Shown: positions 23,460 to 31,479 of the stretch, one piece after another
Position numbering within the stretch: position 1 is the first letter of the stretch
How the letters are laid out: every line of letters begins with the position of its first letter
Virus record (IMG/VR): IMGVR_UViG_3300045988_016577
Span: 2-32,001 of that record
Source of the DNA: a virus
DNA: 32,000 nucleotides
Direction: 5' to 3' (one strand)
Notes under the pieces: generated by a model
Database searches by the model: none
The model's input: the letters and a program-made list of their open reading frames with translations, nothing else
Told to the model about the DNA's origin: nothing
Program-made: the position numbers and the translations under genes

Positions 23460-24167
23460 CACGCCTAGTGCATAGGCTGTATAAAGAGCTTTTCTGACCG
23501 ATGTCTTATTGCGACCTATCTTGCCTTTATTACGATATTCGAGCGTGATGCGATCAACTTCATTGTCCAATCTCTCGCTCCATTCATAGTTATTGAAAAC
23601 ATAATCAATAATCTCGCTGAATAACCCTCTTGAAAGTAGCCCTTCCATTTGGATAGCCTTCAACGGAGTTAGGGCGGCTTTTTCTGCATAGCACAGATTG
23701 AGGGCGTTTTGGGTTCTGTTAGCATTTTTCTGGTCGCACCCTTTAACCTCTCTAATGTAGTTGTTTATTCCGTTAGGGTGTTCCTTGCGTAGTTCTTCCA
23801 CTTCCTCTTGGAATCGTTTGAACAGTTCCTCTGGCAGTCCTGCGTTGGTTTTCTCCAAAACAGGGCGCGTGGTTTTACCTCTTTTGTAATTAGTAGACAG
23901 ATAATCTTGAAGGTCGTCGAATAATTCATCAGAAATAATGCCTTCTAGTCTGTCGACAGTTTTGGGCGATATCCTCGCACGTTCTACGACTGCACTGTTA
24001 AATGCTTGATATATGATGCGAGCTTGTACTTCGCTGCACTGTTTCACATCTTGAAAGAACTGTTTATAAGAGCCTTTTTTGTGCGTCTCTCTCAGTGCCG
24101 TATGTTCATTGACCAGCCGTTGATATAGTCCCTTGGTCAACCCGGAATATTTGTATTTCACGCTCAT
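23457..24167 (-). CDS. Hypothetical protein with two tandem ~85-aa homologous domains
   Basis: Start trimmed to the ATG at 24167, which has SD GGAGGTG 5 nt upstream and an ATGA overlap with the YopX stop. An internal duplication is visible in the translation. Confidence 0.7.
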   Translation of the reverse strand: MSVKYKYSGLTKGLYQRLVNEHTALRETHKKGSYKQFFQDVKQCSEVQARIIYQAFNSAVVERARISPKTVDRLEGIISDELFDDLQDYLSTNYKRGKTTRPVLEKTNAGLPEELFKRFQEEVEELRKEHPNGINNYIREVKGCDQKNANRTQNALNLCYAEKAALTPLKAIQMEGLLSRGLFSEIIDYVFNNYEWSERLDNEVDRITLEYRNKGKIGRNKTSVRKALYTAYALGV

Positions 24168-24550
24168 GAGCTCACCTCCGCCAGTTCTGGGTGTTCCCAT
24201 ATATTCCCGATAATTTTTCTTGAGCTGGCTACGTTGCATAAGCGTTCAAAATTGTTGTACTCAACCAAATTGCTAACAAACATCCCCAAATCTTCTCTAA
24301 ATTCAACTACCCCAGTCATAAACCCGTCTGTCGAATCGATAATGTCCCCCTCAAAGATTTCCTTGCCATTCTTGTCGGTTAGTCCAGTTGATTGCATTAA
24401 AACGATATCATCGAATTTGTAGTAATTTGTCCGTTCGAAAAAGAGTGTCTTTACAGAAATTTCGCTTTTCCCGAAATCGATAGACATAATATCATCAACT
24501 TCGTACATTGTTTTATGGATTTTATCCCACGCTCTGAATCTTGGAATCAT
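24164..24550 (-). CDS. YopX-family phage protein
   Basis: 128-aa ORF. MIPRFRAWDK...MQSTGLTDKNGKEIFEGDII...IGNIWE matches the YopX pattern. Confidence 0.8.
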   Translation of the reverse strand: MIPRFRAWDKIHKTMYEVDDIMSIDFGKSEISVKTLFFERTNYYKFDDIVLMQSTGLTDKNGKEIFEGDIIDSTDGFMTGVVEFREDLGMFVSNLVEYNNFERLCNVASSRKIIGNIWEHPELAEVSS

Positions 24551-24855
24551 TGTCCTCGCCCCCTCAAATAGCTAGGGATATCATCCCCAACCTGCACACT
24601 GTCATATTGCTCCTTGCTTACAAGGAATTTCCCATACGCCCCACAATCAATGGTGTAGAGCTTACCAACCATTGATTTTCCAGTAACCTTGCCGTGTAGC
24701 TCCACTGCATTATCGGCTTTATGGATAACTACTGTCTCGATAGGTCTATTAACCACTCGCAGAACAGTAGTCACGTTAATCGCTAGCGACACCATAAGTA
24801 ACACGGTAGCAATAGCTAGGTCATTATAAATCGTCTTCTTTAACAAACGTTCCAT
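24547..24855 (-). CDS. Small membrane-anchored phage protein (DUF1372-like)
   Basis: 102-aa ORF with one N-terminal TM helix (LAIATVLLMVSLAINVTTVL). Confidence 0.6.
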   Translation of the reverse strand: MERLLKKTIYNDLAIATVLLMVSLAINVTTVLRVVNRPIETVVIHKADNAVELHGKVTGKSMVGKLYTIDCGAYGKFLVSKEQYDSVQVGDDIPSYLRGRGQ

Positions 24856-25336
24856 TTACCATCTTTCCTTTTCTGTTCTTGATTTCCTCATAAGCAATGC
24901 TTAGACACTCAGTAACATCGAGGTCTAATTGATGTGCTAGCACAATAATCGTTACCAGCGTGTCACCGATTGCATCTTTCAGTGCAGCTTGTGGTTCAGT
25001 GAATTTCGTCGGTTTCAAGAGTACGTCTCGAATTTCTCCGACCTCCTCCGTGATTCGCATCCACTGAATTTTAGGGTCAGCTTGTTTTAAGTTGCGTTCG
25101 TCTGCCCAGTGGTTGATTTTATTAATTAAATCTGAGAATGTGTTATCAGTACCGTAACCAAGTAAGTAAGGGATTGATACATCGAAGTAGTCAGCTAACT
25201 TTTTAGCGTTACTTCCTTTGATTTCATGGGTGCCATGTTCCCAATTAAGGATGGTCAATTTTGTAACCCTAATTTTTTCGGCTAACTCCACTCTTGTCAT
25301 TCCCCTTGATTTCCGTAACTGTTTAAGATTATTCAT
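24824..25336 (-). CDS. Fusion protein: N-terminal XRE-type HTH plus C-terminal MazG-like nucleotide pyrophosphohydrolase domain
   Basis: 170-aa ORF. HTH region: LRKSRGMTRVELAEKIRVTKLTILNWEHG. MazG-like region: MRITEEVGEIRDVLL...AIGDTLVTIIVLAHQLDLDV...AYEEIKNRKG. Confidence 0.7.
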   Translation of the reverse strand: MNNLKQLRKSRGMTRVELAEKIRVTKLTILNWEHGTHEIKGSNAKKLADYFDVSIPYLLGYGTDNTFSDLINKINHWADERNLKQADPKIQWMRITEEVGEIRDVLLKPTKFTEPQAALKDAIGDTLVTIIVLAHQLDLDVTECLSIAYEEIKNRKGKMVNGTFVKEDDL

Positions 25337-25841
25337 CCGTTACCTCTTTCACTTCAACGCCTGGGCAATCGAATACCCAGCCAAAATCAGCTTCTTCTAG
25401 CTCTTTGCGGGTGTGGGCTACTCTTACCCCCTTCGCGCCTTCACCATCATCAAAAGTCCAGTCTTTAAAAGATGTACCATAGTTCAAAAACTTGTAATTG
25501 TCGTCAATCCCTTTAAACTCAACCGTATATCTAGGCTCGCTCTCGACCTCGTAGCCATCAAGCCATGCTCTAGCGAAAATTTCTTGGTTTGTCTCTGTTC
25601 CTAGAAATTCTTTTAGTTTTGAACAATCTTCTTGACCTTTATAATTGTAAAAATCTATATCACTAATAAATAAAGCCCGACCCAGATTAACGTTAGTAAA
25701 TTTACAATACTTAATCCAATCCGCCACACATTGCGGAACGACTGGTTTCGGGAAGAATGAATCGTATAGGTCTTCTGCGTAAGATACTGAAATCTTACCT
25801 ATCTTCGATAGTGCTTGTATTACTTCTTGTCTATCCATCAT
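25329..25841 (-). CDS. DUF1642-like phage protein
   Basis: 170-aa ORF in the early-gene cluster. The family assignment is from memory of streptococcal phage proteins and carries low certainty. Confidence 0.6.
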   Translation of the reverse strand: MMDRQEVIQALSKIGKISVSYAEDLYDSFFPKPVVPQCVADWIKYCKFTNVNLGRALFISDIDFYNYKGQEDCSKLKEFLGTETNQEIFARAWLDGYEVESEPRYTVEFKGIDDNYKFLNYGTSFKDWTFDDGEGAKGVRVAHTRKELEEADFGWVFDCPGVEVKEVTDE

Positions 25842-25843
25842 GC

Positions 25844-25996
25844 TTACACCTCTTCTAGCTCCACTGTATACTTCTTCGAATTGCGGTATTTTACACCTCT
25901 CAATCGATGTAGCTCGTTGATAGCGTCATTTTTGTTGTTAAAAATATGTTCACTGTCTTCCATATCGTCATAATAGACAATAACCTTATATTTCAT
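25844..25996 (-). CDS. Small hypothetical protein (50 aa), absent from the ORF track
   Basis: Hand translation: MKYKVIVYYDDMEDSEHIFNNKNDAINELHRLRGVKYRNSKKYTVELEEV. SD GAGGTG 5 nt upstream. It exactly fills the gap between two neighbouring genes. Confidence 0.55.
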   Translation of the reverse strand: MKYKVIVYYDDMEDSEHIFNNKNDAINELHRLRGVKYRNSKKYTVELEEV

Positions 25997-25997
25997 G

Positions 25998-26186
25998 TCA
26001 CACCTCGCTTCTATCTGCGTAGATCACTGTTGCAGTAGCTACCATGAAGCCATACTCCTTATTTTGGTCATAAGTAACTCTGACATCTAGTAATTCAACA
26101 CCGTTTTTTTCAACCCATTTGTTTATTGTTTCATCCAAACCTTTATATGTGTCACTGTCGCTAAATATCTTTACTTTCCGTTTCAT
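25998..26186 (-). CDS. Small hypothetical protein (62 aa)
   Basis: Start trimmed to the ATG at 26186 (MKRKVKIFSD...), which has a G-rich SD (GGGGGT) 7 nt upstream. This removes the overlap with the upstream gene. Confidence 0.55.
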   Translation of the reverse strand: MKRKVKIFSDSDTYKGLDETINKWVEKNGVELLDVRVTYDQNKEYGFMVATATVIYADRSEV

Positions 26187-26260
26187 ATTTCTAACCCCCA
26201 TAGTTATTGGTTCCGGTCCTTCTCTGAAAACCTTTGCTGGATTCTTTGCTATAAATCGCC

Positions 26261-26500
26261 TTAGCCATTGCATAGCTCCATCATTCCTTTCAGTAATTCC
26301 TCATCCGGCAACTGCTCCAGCGTTAAGATACGATTGAGTTTCTTTGCGTTGATTCCTAGCTTGGCGCTGATAAATTCCATATCTTCGTGATTAGACCAAA
26401 ACCATCTTGAGAATGCTTGTGTCTGATCTAATACGCTTGTATGCCCATAGTTGCCCGGTGCATACACACCAACCAACTTATCTTTATATTTGCTATTCAT
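26261..26500 (-). CDS. Hypothetical phage protein
   Basis: 79-aa ORF overlapping the RusA stop by 4 nt. Confidence 0.55.
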   Translation of the reverse strand: MNSKYKDKLVGVYAPGNYGHTSVLDQTQAFSRWFWSNHEDMEFISAKLGINAKKLNRILTLEQLPDEELLKGMMELCNG

Positions 26501-26958
26501 TCAAGCTCCTTGATTTCAAATTCAATGCGTGGGTTAGGACTGTACTTTTTACGAGCTCTTAAATCGCAAACAATACTGTCATCCGTCCAGACGATACCCT
26601 TCTTATCAACTTTGTTGTAACCAGCCTTTGAGATGCTGTCAAAGAGCGCTTTGACCAGATTATCAACGTCTGGAGTTTTCGCATGCCAAAGTGTTTCAGC
26701 CATGAACCGCTTGAATGTGTCCCACGTTTTAGCTCTTGCTTTTGGCGTGGGCTTTTTCGAGACATTAAGCGGGGCTTTCATGTAAAAAACGACATCTACT
26801 GAAATCGGGCCGTCAAAGAATTGCCCGTCATATTCTTGCTCAATAAGTTGCGAACATTGACGGCGCCATGCTTTCATTTTAGGGTCTTCATAAGTTCCGA
26901 ATTTGCTAAATCGTGGCCTTGTTTGTGGTTTAGGCTCGATGTTTAAAATCATTTTCAT
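26497..26958 (-). CDS. rusA: RusA-family Holliday junction resolvase
   Basis: 153-aa ORF. The motif KTPDVDNLVKALFDS...GIVWTDDSIV is typical of RusA. Confidence 0.85.
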   Translation of the reverse strand: MKMILNIEPKPQTRPRFSKFGTYEDPKMKAWRRQCSQLIEQEYDGQFFDGPISVDVVFYMKAPLNVSKKPTPKARAKTWDTFKRFMAETLWHAKTPDVDNLVKALFDSISKAGYNKVDKKGIVWTDDSIVCDLRARKKYSPNPRIEFEIKELE

Positions 26959-26970
26959 GTTTTCACCAAA

Positions 26971-27474
26971 TTAGAAAGGTAAATCATCACTAGTGATATC
27001 CATTGGGTTTGCGTTTCCGTATGGGCTGCTATCCCTCGCAAAGTTTGGCCCTTGTTGTTGTGGTGCTTGCTGCCCATAAGGCCCTGCATAGCCGCTATCA
27101 TTGCCAAATGCTCCCGATGTATTGCCTTGAGTAGCGTTGCTACCTTCACGCGCTGCACGGCTTTCTAGCATTTGGAAGTTCTCAGCGACTACCTCGGTTA
27201 CATACACTCTTTGACCTTGCTGATTCTCGTAGCTACGAGTCTGAATGCGTCCAGTAATGCCAATCAATGCGCCTTTTTTAGCCCAGTTAGCCAAATTCTC
27301 AGCTTGCTGACGCCAGATAACACAGTTAATAAAGTCTGTTTCACGCTCGCCGTTAGCGTCCTTGAAGTTACGGTTAACGGCAAGGCTAAACGTAGCTACT
27401 GCGACATTGCTAGGCGTATAGCGTAGCTCTGGGTCTTTGGTTGTTCTTCCAACCAGCACGACATTATTGATCAT
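26971..27474 (-). CDS. ssb: Single-stranded DNA-binding protein
   Basis: 167-aa ORF. OB-fold N-terminus [20 protein letters not shown], a Gly/Gln/Pro-rich linker and the canonical acidic tip DDLPF. Confidence 0.95.
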   Translation of the reverse strand: MINNVVLVGRTTKDPELRYTPSNVAVATFSLAVNRNFKDANGERETDFINCVIWRQQAENLANWAKKGALIGITGRIQTRSYENQQGQRVYVTEVVAENFQMLESRAAREGSNATQGNTSGAFGNDSGYAGPYGQQAPQQQGPNFARDSSPYGNANPMDITSDDLPF

Positions 27475-27523
27475 TGATTTTCTCCTAGAATTTTTTTGGT
27501 TCTTTAGATCTTTGAATCTGACA

Positions 27524-28534
27524 TTAACTTAAATGTGTTTTCAGTTCTTCTTCACTCACACTAGCTATGTTTTGATAGCCGCTGACGGTGTAGTTTTGTT
27601 TGTATTCCCATCCGTTTTCGCTAAGCAGGCGCTTGAATCTGTCTTTGTCGTCTGAATCTTCAAAGTAGACTTCAAGTGTCATTTTTTGGCGATAACGTTT
27701 TGGTTCTGGAATGTTAGCTTCTTCAATTGTTGGCGTGTTTTCGATAATTTCGCCTGTTTCTGAATCAACAACTAATGCCGTTGGTGTTGTTTCTACTATT
27801 TTTTCTTTTTGCTTTTGTAATTCAGCTTGTCGCAGTGCTTCTTGTTCTTGTCTTTGGCGTTCAGCTTCTTGCTTTTGTAATTCAAAAGCATGGTCTGAAC
27901 GAATCTGATCTAACACCTCTGCCAATGTCAGATTTTGAAGCATGCGGATATACGGTTGGTCAGTCATTCCGTACTCTGAACAAAGTCCGGATATGGATTG
28001 GGTGGCTTTTTTAAATTCCTCTTGTTTTTGATATTCAAAAGTAACCATGTCGTCTAATGCCTTCATAGTCGCTTTTTTAAGAGTTACACCGTCCGCCATA
28101 AAATCGCCATTTTTGATGTATTCCGTTGCTTTTCCATCAAAAATGCGAGGGTCAATCATATAGTCGCTGGCTTTGTTAGCTAAATAGCTTTTAATAGTGT
28201 CCAATCTCAGTGCTTTTTGATGATTTTCGAACTCTTTCACATCATTTGCGATTTGGTTGATAATGTTTTTAAGAGGTTTCTCTGTTTCCTTGATATATTT
28301 TTCAAAATCCGTCGCTGGTTTTGATAACTCGTTCTTGATTTTGATACGTTCGTCTGAAATTTGCTTGGTTAATTTTCGTAATTCAGCCAAGACTTTCTTG
28401 TCGTCTTTGATAGTGCCAGCGGTGACTGTGTAATTTTGATACTTAGCAACTACATCAGCAATGCCTTTTTCAAAAACCTCTTGCCCTACAATTTCAACTT
28501 TAGCTTGTTCAATATTAACTTGTAATTCTTGCAT
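27524..28534 (-). CDS. DUF1351-like phage protein, partner of RecT
   Basis: 336-aa charged helical ORF between RecT and SSB, as in many streptococcal phages. Confidence 0.6.
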   Translation of the reverse strand: MQELQVNIEQAKVEIVGQEVFEKGIADVVAKYQNYTVTAGTIKDDKKVLAELRKLTKQISDERIKIKNELSKPATDFEKYIKETEKPLKNIINQIANDVKEFENHQKALRLDTIKSYLANKASDYMIDPRIFDGKATEYIKNGDFMADGVTLKKATMKALDDMVTFEYQKQEEFKKATQSISGLCSEYGMTDQPYIRMLQNLTLAEVLDQIRSDHAFELQKQEAERQRQEQEALRQAELQKQKEKIVETTPTALVVDSETGEIIENTPTIEEANIPEPKRYRQKMTLEVYFEDSDDKDRFKRLLSENGWEYKQNYTVSGYQNIASVSEEELKTHLS

Positions 28535-28547
28535 TGTTCACACCTCG

Positions 28548-29303
28548 TTAATAGTCGAGAAGTTCGCCTTGAACTGGCTCGTTTTGTGAATTAGCAACCG
28601 GTTGAGAATTGCTTTCACTTGTTTGTTGGAAATGCGTTTGTTCTTGCTTCATTTGTTCGATTTGCGCCAGCTTACGAGCTCTAACATCCTCTTGTGTCTC
28701 TTGTGGCGTTACATCCTTGATTCTGTCGAATGTTTCACCGCCGTCATCCTCAGTGTACATATTTCCTAAATCCTCTGGGAAAGCTTCACGTAAGGCATTG
28801 ACAAGAGCGGTTTTTCTAATCATGGTAGCTGGCATAGCGTTCCAAGTGCTTTGCTTTTTATCGTATTCTTCACGACTAACGAAAACCTCTACAGGAACCT
28901 TGAAATTCTTGCGGTAAACTCTTGCCCAGCCACCGACGAGCGTGTCGTTAGGTAGCAGCAGCGCCCCTTTCCGCTCTACCATATCACCAGAATCGTCAAC
29001 AACTACCACTCCGGCTTCAAAGCCTTCATAGTTTGGGTTTTGTGCTGCACGCTTCAAGAATGCTTCTTTTGAGACAATTAAGCTAAATTCAGCCCCACCA
29101 TTTTTCTTTTTGTAAGCTACGATATAGACCTCGTTTAGCAATGGGTTGAGGTTACGACCTTTAATCAGCGATAAAGCTTGCCCAACTTGTTTTTCTGTCA
29201 ACAAATCTTGTGGGTCGTAGTAGCGTTTAATATCTTGAAACGTCCAAGCGCTTGTATCTGTTGAAATATCCCTTTTGTTTTGTGTTTGTAGTTGATTTGT
29301 CAT
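28548..29303 (-). CDS. recT: RecT-family single-strand annealing recombinase
   Basis: 251-aa ORF. NPLLNEVYIVAY...MIRKTALVNALREAFPE is typical of RecT/Bet-type proteins. Confidence 0.8.
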   Translation of the reverse strand: MTNQLQTQNKRDISTDTSAWTFQDIKRYYDPQDLLTEKQVGQALSLIKGRNLNPLLNEVYIVAYKKKNGGAEFSLIVSKEAFLKRAAQNPNYEGFEAGVVVVDDSGDMVERKGALLLPNDTLVGGWARVYRKNFKVPVEVFVSREEYDKKQSTWNAMPATMIRKTALVNALREAFPEDLGNMYTEDDGGETFDRIKDVTPQETQEDVRARKLAQIEQMKQEQTHFQQTSESNSQPVANSQNEPVQGELLDY

Positions 29304-29326
29304 GTTTTTGTCCCCCTTTGGGCTTT

Positions 29327-29509
29327 CTAGTGTGTGCTAAAAATCTGCGTTGATTTCTTAGCGAAATACATATATTCATTAATTTTCTCGATGAATGAAT
29401 ACAAATCTAAATCATCCATCATTTTCTGCTTATGCTCTTGTGAGAATACAAGGCCATGAATACGCTCGTAGTCTTCAAAGAGCTTTAGTTTTACTTCTGT
29501 CTCTGTCAA
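29327..29509 (-). CDS. Hypothetical small protein
   Basis: 60-aa ORF overlapping the upstream stop by 4 nt. Confidence 0.5.
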   Translation of the reverse strand: MTETEVKLKLFEDYERIHGLVFSQEHKQKMMDDLDLYSFIEKINEYMYFAKKSTQIFSTH

Positions 29510-30297
29510 AGCATCATCCTCTTGTCTTGTTGCGTTTTGAATTGATAAACATGTTCATTTGTCGTTCCAAGTCCTGTCTTCTTGAAAACTCGAGAATAGA
29601 CACGCTTTCCATAAGTGCCCCTAATGTCCCGTGGACTTAGGTTAGTGGTAATGATAGTTTTGGTACGCTTGTTCAAAATACTGTACAAAATACCGTTAGA
29701 CCACTCTGTCACTTTTTCAGTCCCTAAATCATCGAGCACTAGCCATTCAGCTTCCGAAATCCGTCTGATATATTCAGCTTCAAGACTGAAATCCTCTTTG
29801 ATTTTTGCTAACAGGTCAACCACGTTGATGAATAACCCCATCTTTTTCGTGTGATCAGACAAGGCTTTAAGTGCTGAATATGCTAGGTGGCTTTTGCCAA
29901 CCCCAGTATCACCAATCAAAACAATGTTGTAGTCTTGACCGTCCAGATAGCCTTTAAGTTGACTTCTAACATTCTTCAAGTCTTCTTTCTGCTCTCTGGT
30001 TACTGCCTTGTAATTGTCAAAGCTAGCAGTTTTTAAATCATCATCCAGCAAGCTGAAATCCTTGAGAAAGTACAAGCGTTTCTGTTCTTGCTCACGCTCA
30101 TACTGTTCTTGTGCCTTAGTGGCGTTCAATCGCTCTTGCTCTTCCCTATGGCAAAGCTCACACACTGTGTATGGTTCGCTATTTGGAAACTGAATCATGA
30201 CATAGTGCCTTTGGTGCTTGTCACAGTATTTATCGCTAACCGTCATATACTGCTTGCGCATTTGCTTGGCTGTTTGCTCTAAACTCATAAACATCAC
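29506..30297 (-). CDS. DnaC/IstB-like AAA+ helicase-loader ATPase
   Basis: 263-aa ORF. Walker A GDTGVGKSHL and Walker B LVLDDLG. The N-terminus has a Cys/His pattern (CDKH...CELCH) suggesting a zinc ribbon. Confidence 0.8.
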   Translation of the reverse strand: MMFMSLEQTAKQMRKQYMTVSDKYCDKHQRHYVMIQFPNSEPYTVCELCHREEQERLNATKAQEQYEREQEQKRLYFLKDFSLLDDDLKTASFDNYKAVTREQKEDLKNVRSQLKGYLDGQDYNIVLIGDTGVGKSHLAYSALKALSDHTKKMGLFINVVDLLAKIKEDFSLEAEYIRRISEAEWLVLDDLGTEKVTEWSNGILYSILNKRTKTIITTNLSPRDIRGTYGKRVYSRVFKKTGLGTTNEHVYQFKTQQDKRMML

Positions 30298-30299
30298 CT

Positions 30300-31079
30300 C
30301 TAGTATTTGCTACAAGCTGGGCCAAATTTAACTGGTTGGTCATCAAAACTTTTACGACTGTCAAATTGACGTTGTTCTTCATCTTGCTGGGCAACGGTAT
30401 GAATCCCGTTTTGTGCCCAAGCTTTTAAGATAGAGTTGACATATCCAAATGAGCGTTTTGAGTTATCAGCGGCTCTATCTATGGCACGTTTGACCAACAT
30501 GATTTCTAACTTATCGAAATCGATATAGCCTTTTAGTTTTTCCATTTGGTATCCGTCAATAGGTCCGATTCGTTCTTGATAATGTCTGAAAATATTAAAA
30601 TCTGATTGTTCATCAGCAGCAGAAGAAGAAAATTGACTAATTTCTGATGTTTCATCCTCTCTACTGTTAGATTTACTTAAATTAGATTTACTTTCATTAT
30701 CTTTACTTATATTGGGTAAACCAGTGGTTGCCGTTTGGTTTACCAGTGGTTTACCAGTGGTTTCATCGGTAGTTTCGTCTAGCAATTCTTTGTAAATGCT
30801 AGGTATATATCTGTCTTTTCTGACAGTGTTCTGTTCGTGGAAATCGACCACGAAATAGACCATTTCATCGTTAAGAGGTTTTACGAATTGCTTGATAACT
30901 AGAAGTCCTAAGTTATCCTCGTTAGCTCCTATCATTCTGAGAATTGGGAATGCTTCCACCACCCCATCATCGTCGCAATTTTGGATGAGGTGAAAATAAA
31001 GAGCTTGTGCTTCGAGGGGCAAACGTAAGAATCGATGTGTTTGAGTGACAGTTTTACTTATCATTCTACGGTTTCCCAT
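30300..31079 (-). CDS. Phage replisome organizer (Phage_rep_org_N plus DnaD-like C-terminal domain)
   Basis: 259-aa ORF with SD AGGAGG 5 nt upstream. N-terminus FLRLPLEAQALYFHLIQNCDDDGVVEAF. The C-terminus (YVNSILKAW) is DnaD/DnaB_2-like. Confidence 0.8.
   Translation of the reverse strand: MGNRRMISKTVTQTHRFLRLPLEAQALYFHLIQNCDDDGVVEAFPILRMIGANEDNLGLLVIKQFVKPLNDEMVYFVVDFHEQNTVRKDRYIPSIYKELLDETTDETTGKPLVNQTATTGLPNISKDNESKSNLSKSNSREDETSEISQFSSSAADEQSDFNIFRHYQERIGPIDGYQMEKLKGYIDFDKLEIMLVKRAIDRAADNSKRSFGYVNSILKAWAQNGIHTVAQQDEEQRQFDSRKSFDDQPVKFGPACSKY
30668..30762. repeat. Iteron cluster, candidate phage origin of replication inside the replisome-organizer gene
   Basis: ttagatttactt at 30668-30679 and 30682-30693, plus a degenerate copy ttatctttactt at 30697-30708. 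accagtggtt occurs three times (30720-30729, 30742-30751, 30753-30762), the last two in an 11-nt tandem. Confidence 0.55.
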
Positions 31080-31152
31080 TTTTACCTCCTACGTAATAGT
31101 ATTTTTGATTGTCTGCCATATTTAATGCCTACCCTCCCACCACTGCTATTAA

Positions 31153-31479
31153 CTAATTAATTATTTTTCTCAAAAATGCTTTGATTTCGTCTCTTGTAAC
31201 TTCTTTACGTTCTGTGCGTTCGAAGTCCGAACCGTCAAGTTTAGTTACGTTGTACTCAACTTCCACATTAAGCACTTCGCAGCCAAACAGTTCAGCAAGC
31301 TTGTCGAGCTCGTCTTTTTGGTCTTCATACGACTCAAGCGGCATAGATAGAGCATTTTCTAAATCTTCGCTGAATCCCGCTTCAAATGCTAGACTCCCTC
31401 TGTCTTTGTATTTTCCAAGAAACGCATCTTTTTTAGCGCTGTAAAATACGACTTGTTTGTTGTTTTCTTTCATGATCAT
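31153..31479 (-). CDS. Hypothetical acidic protein
   Basis: 108-aa ORF. Its start overlaps the stop of the LPXTG gene (ATGA). Confidence 0.6.
   Translation of the reverse strand: MIMKENNKQVVFYSAKKDAFLGKYKDRGSLAFEAGFSEDLENALSMPLESYEDQKDELDKLAELFGCEVLNVEVEYNVTKLDGSDFERTERKEVTRDEIKAFLRKIIN

Noticed and set aside
31080-31152. 17-aa upstream ORF before the replisome-organizer gene
   Set aside because: It is too short, its SD spacing is about 12 nt, and it overlaps the strong SD and start of the organizer gene. There is no supporting evidence.
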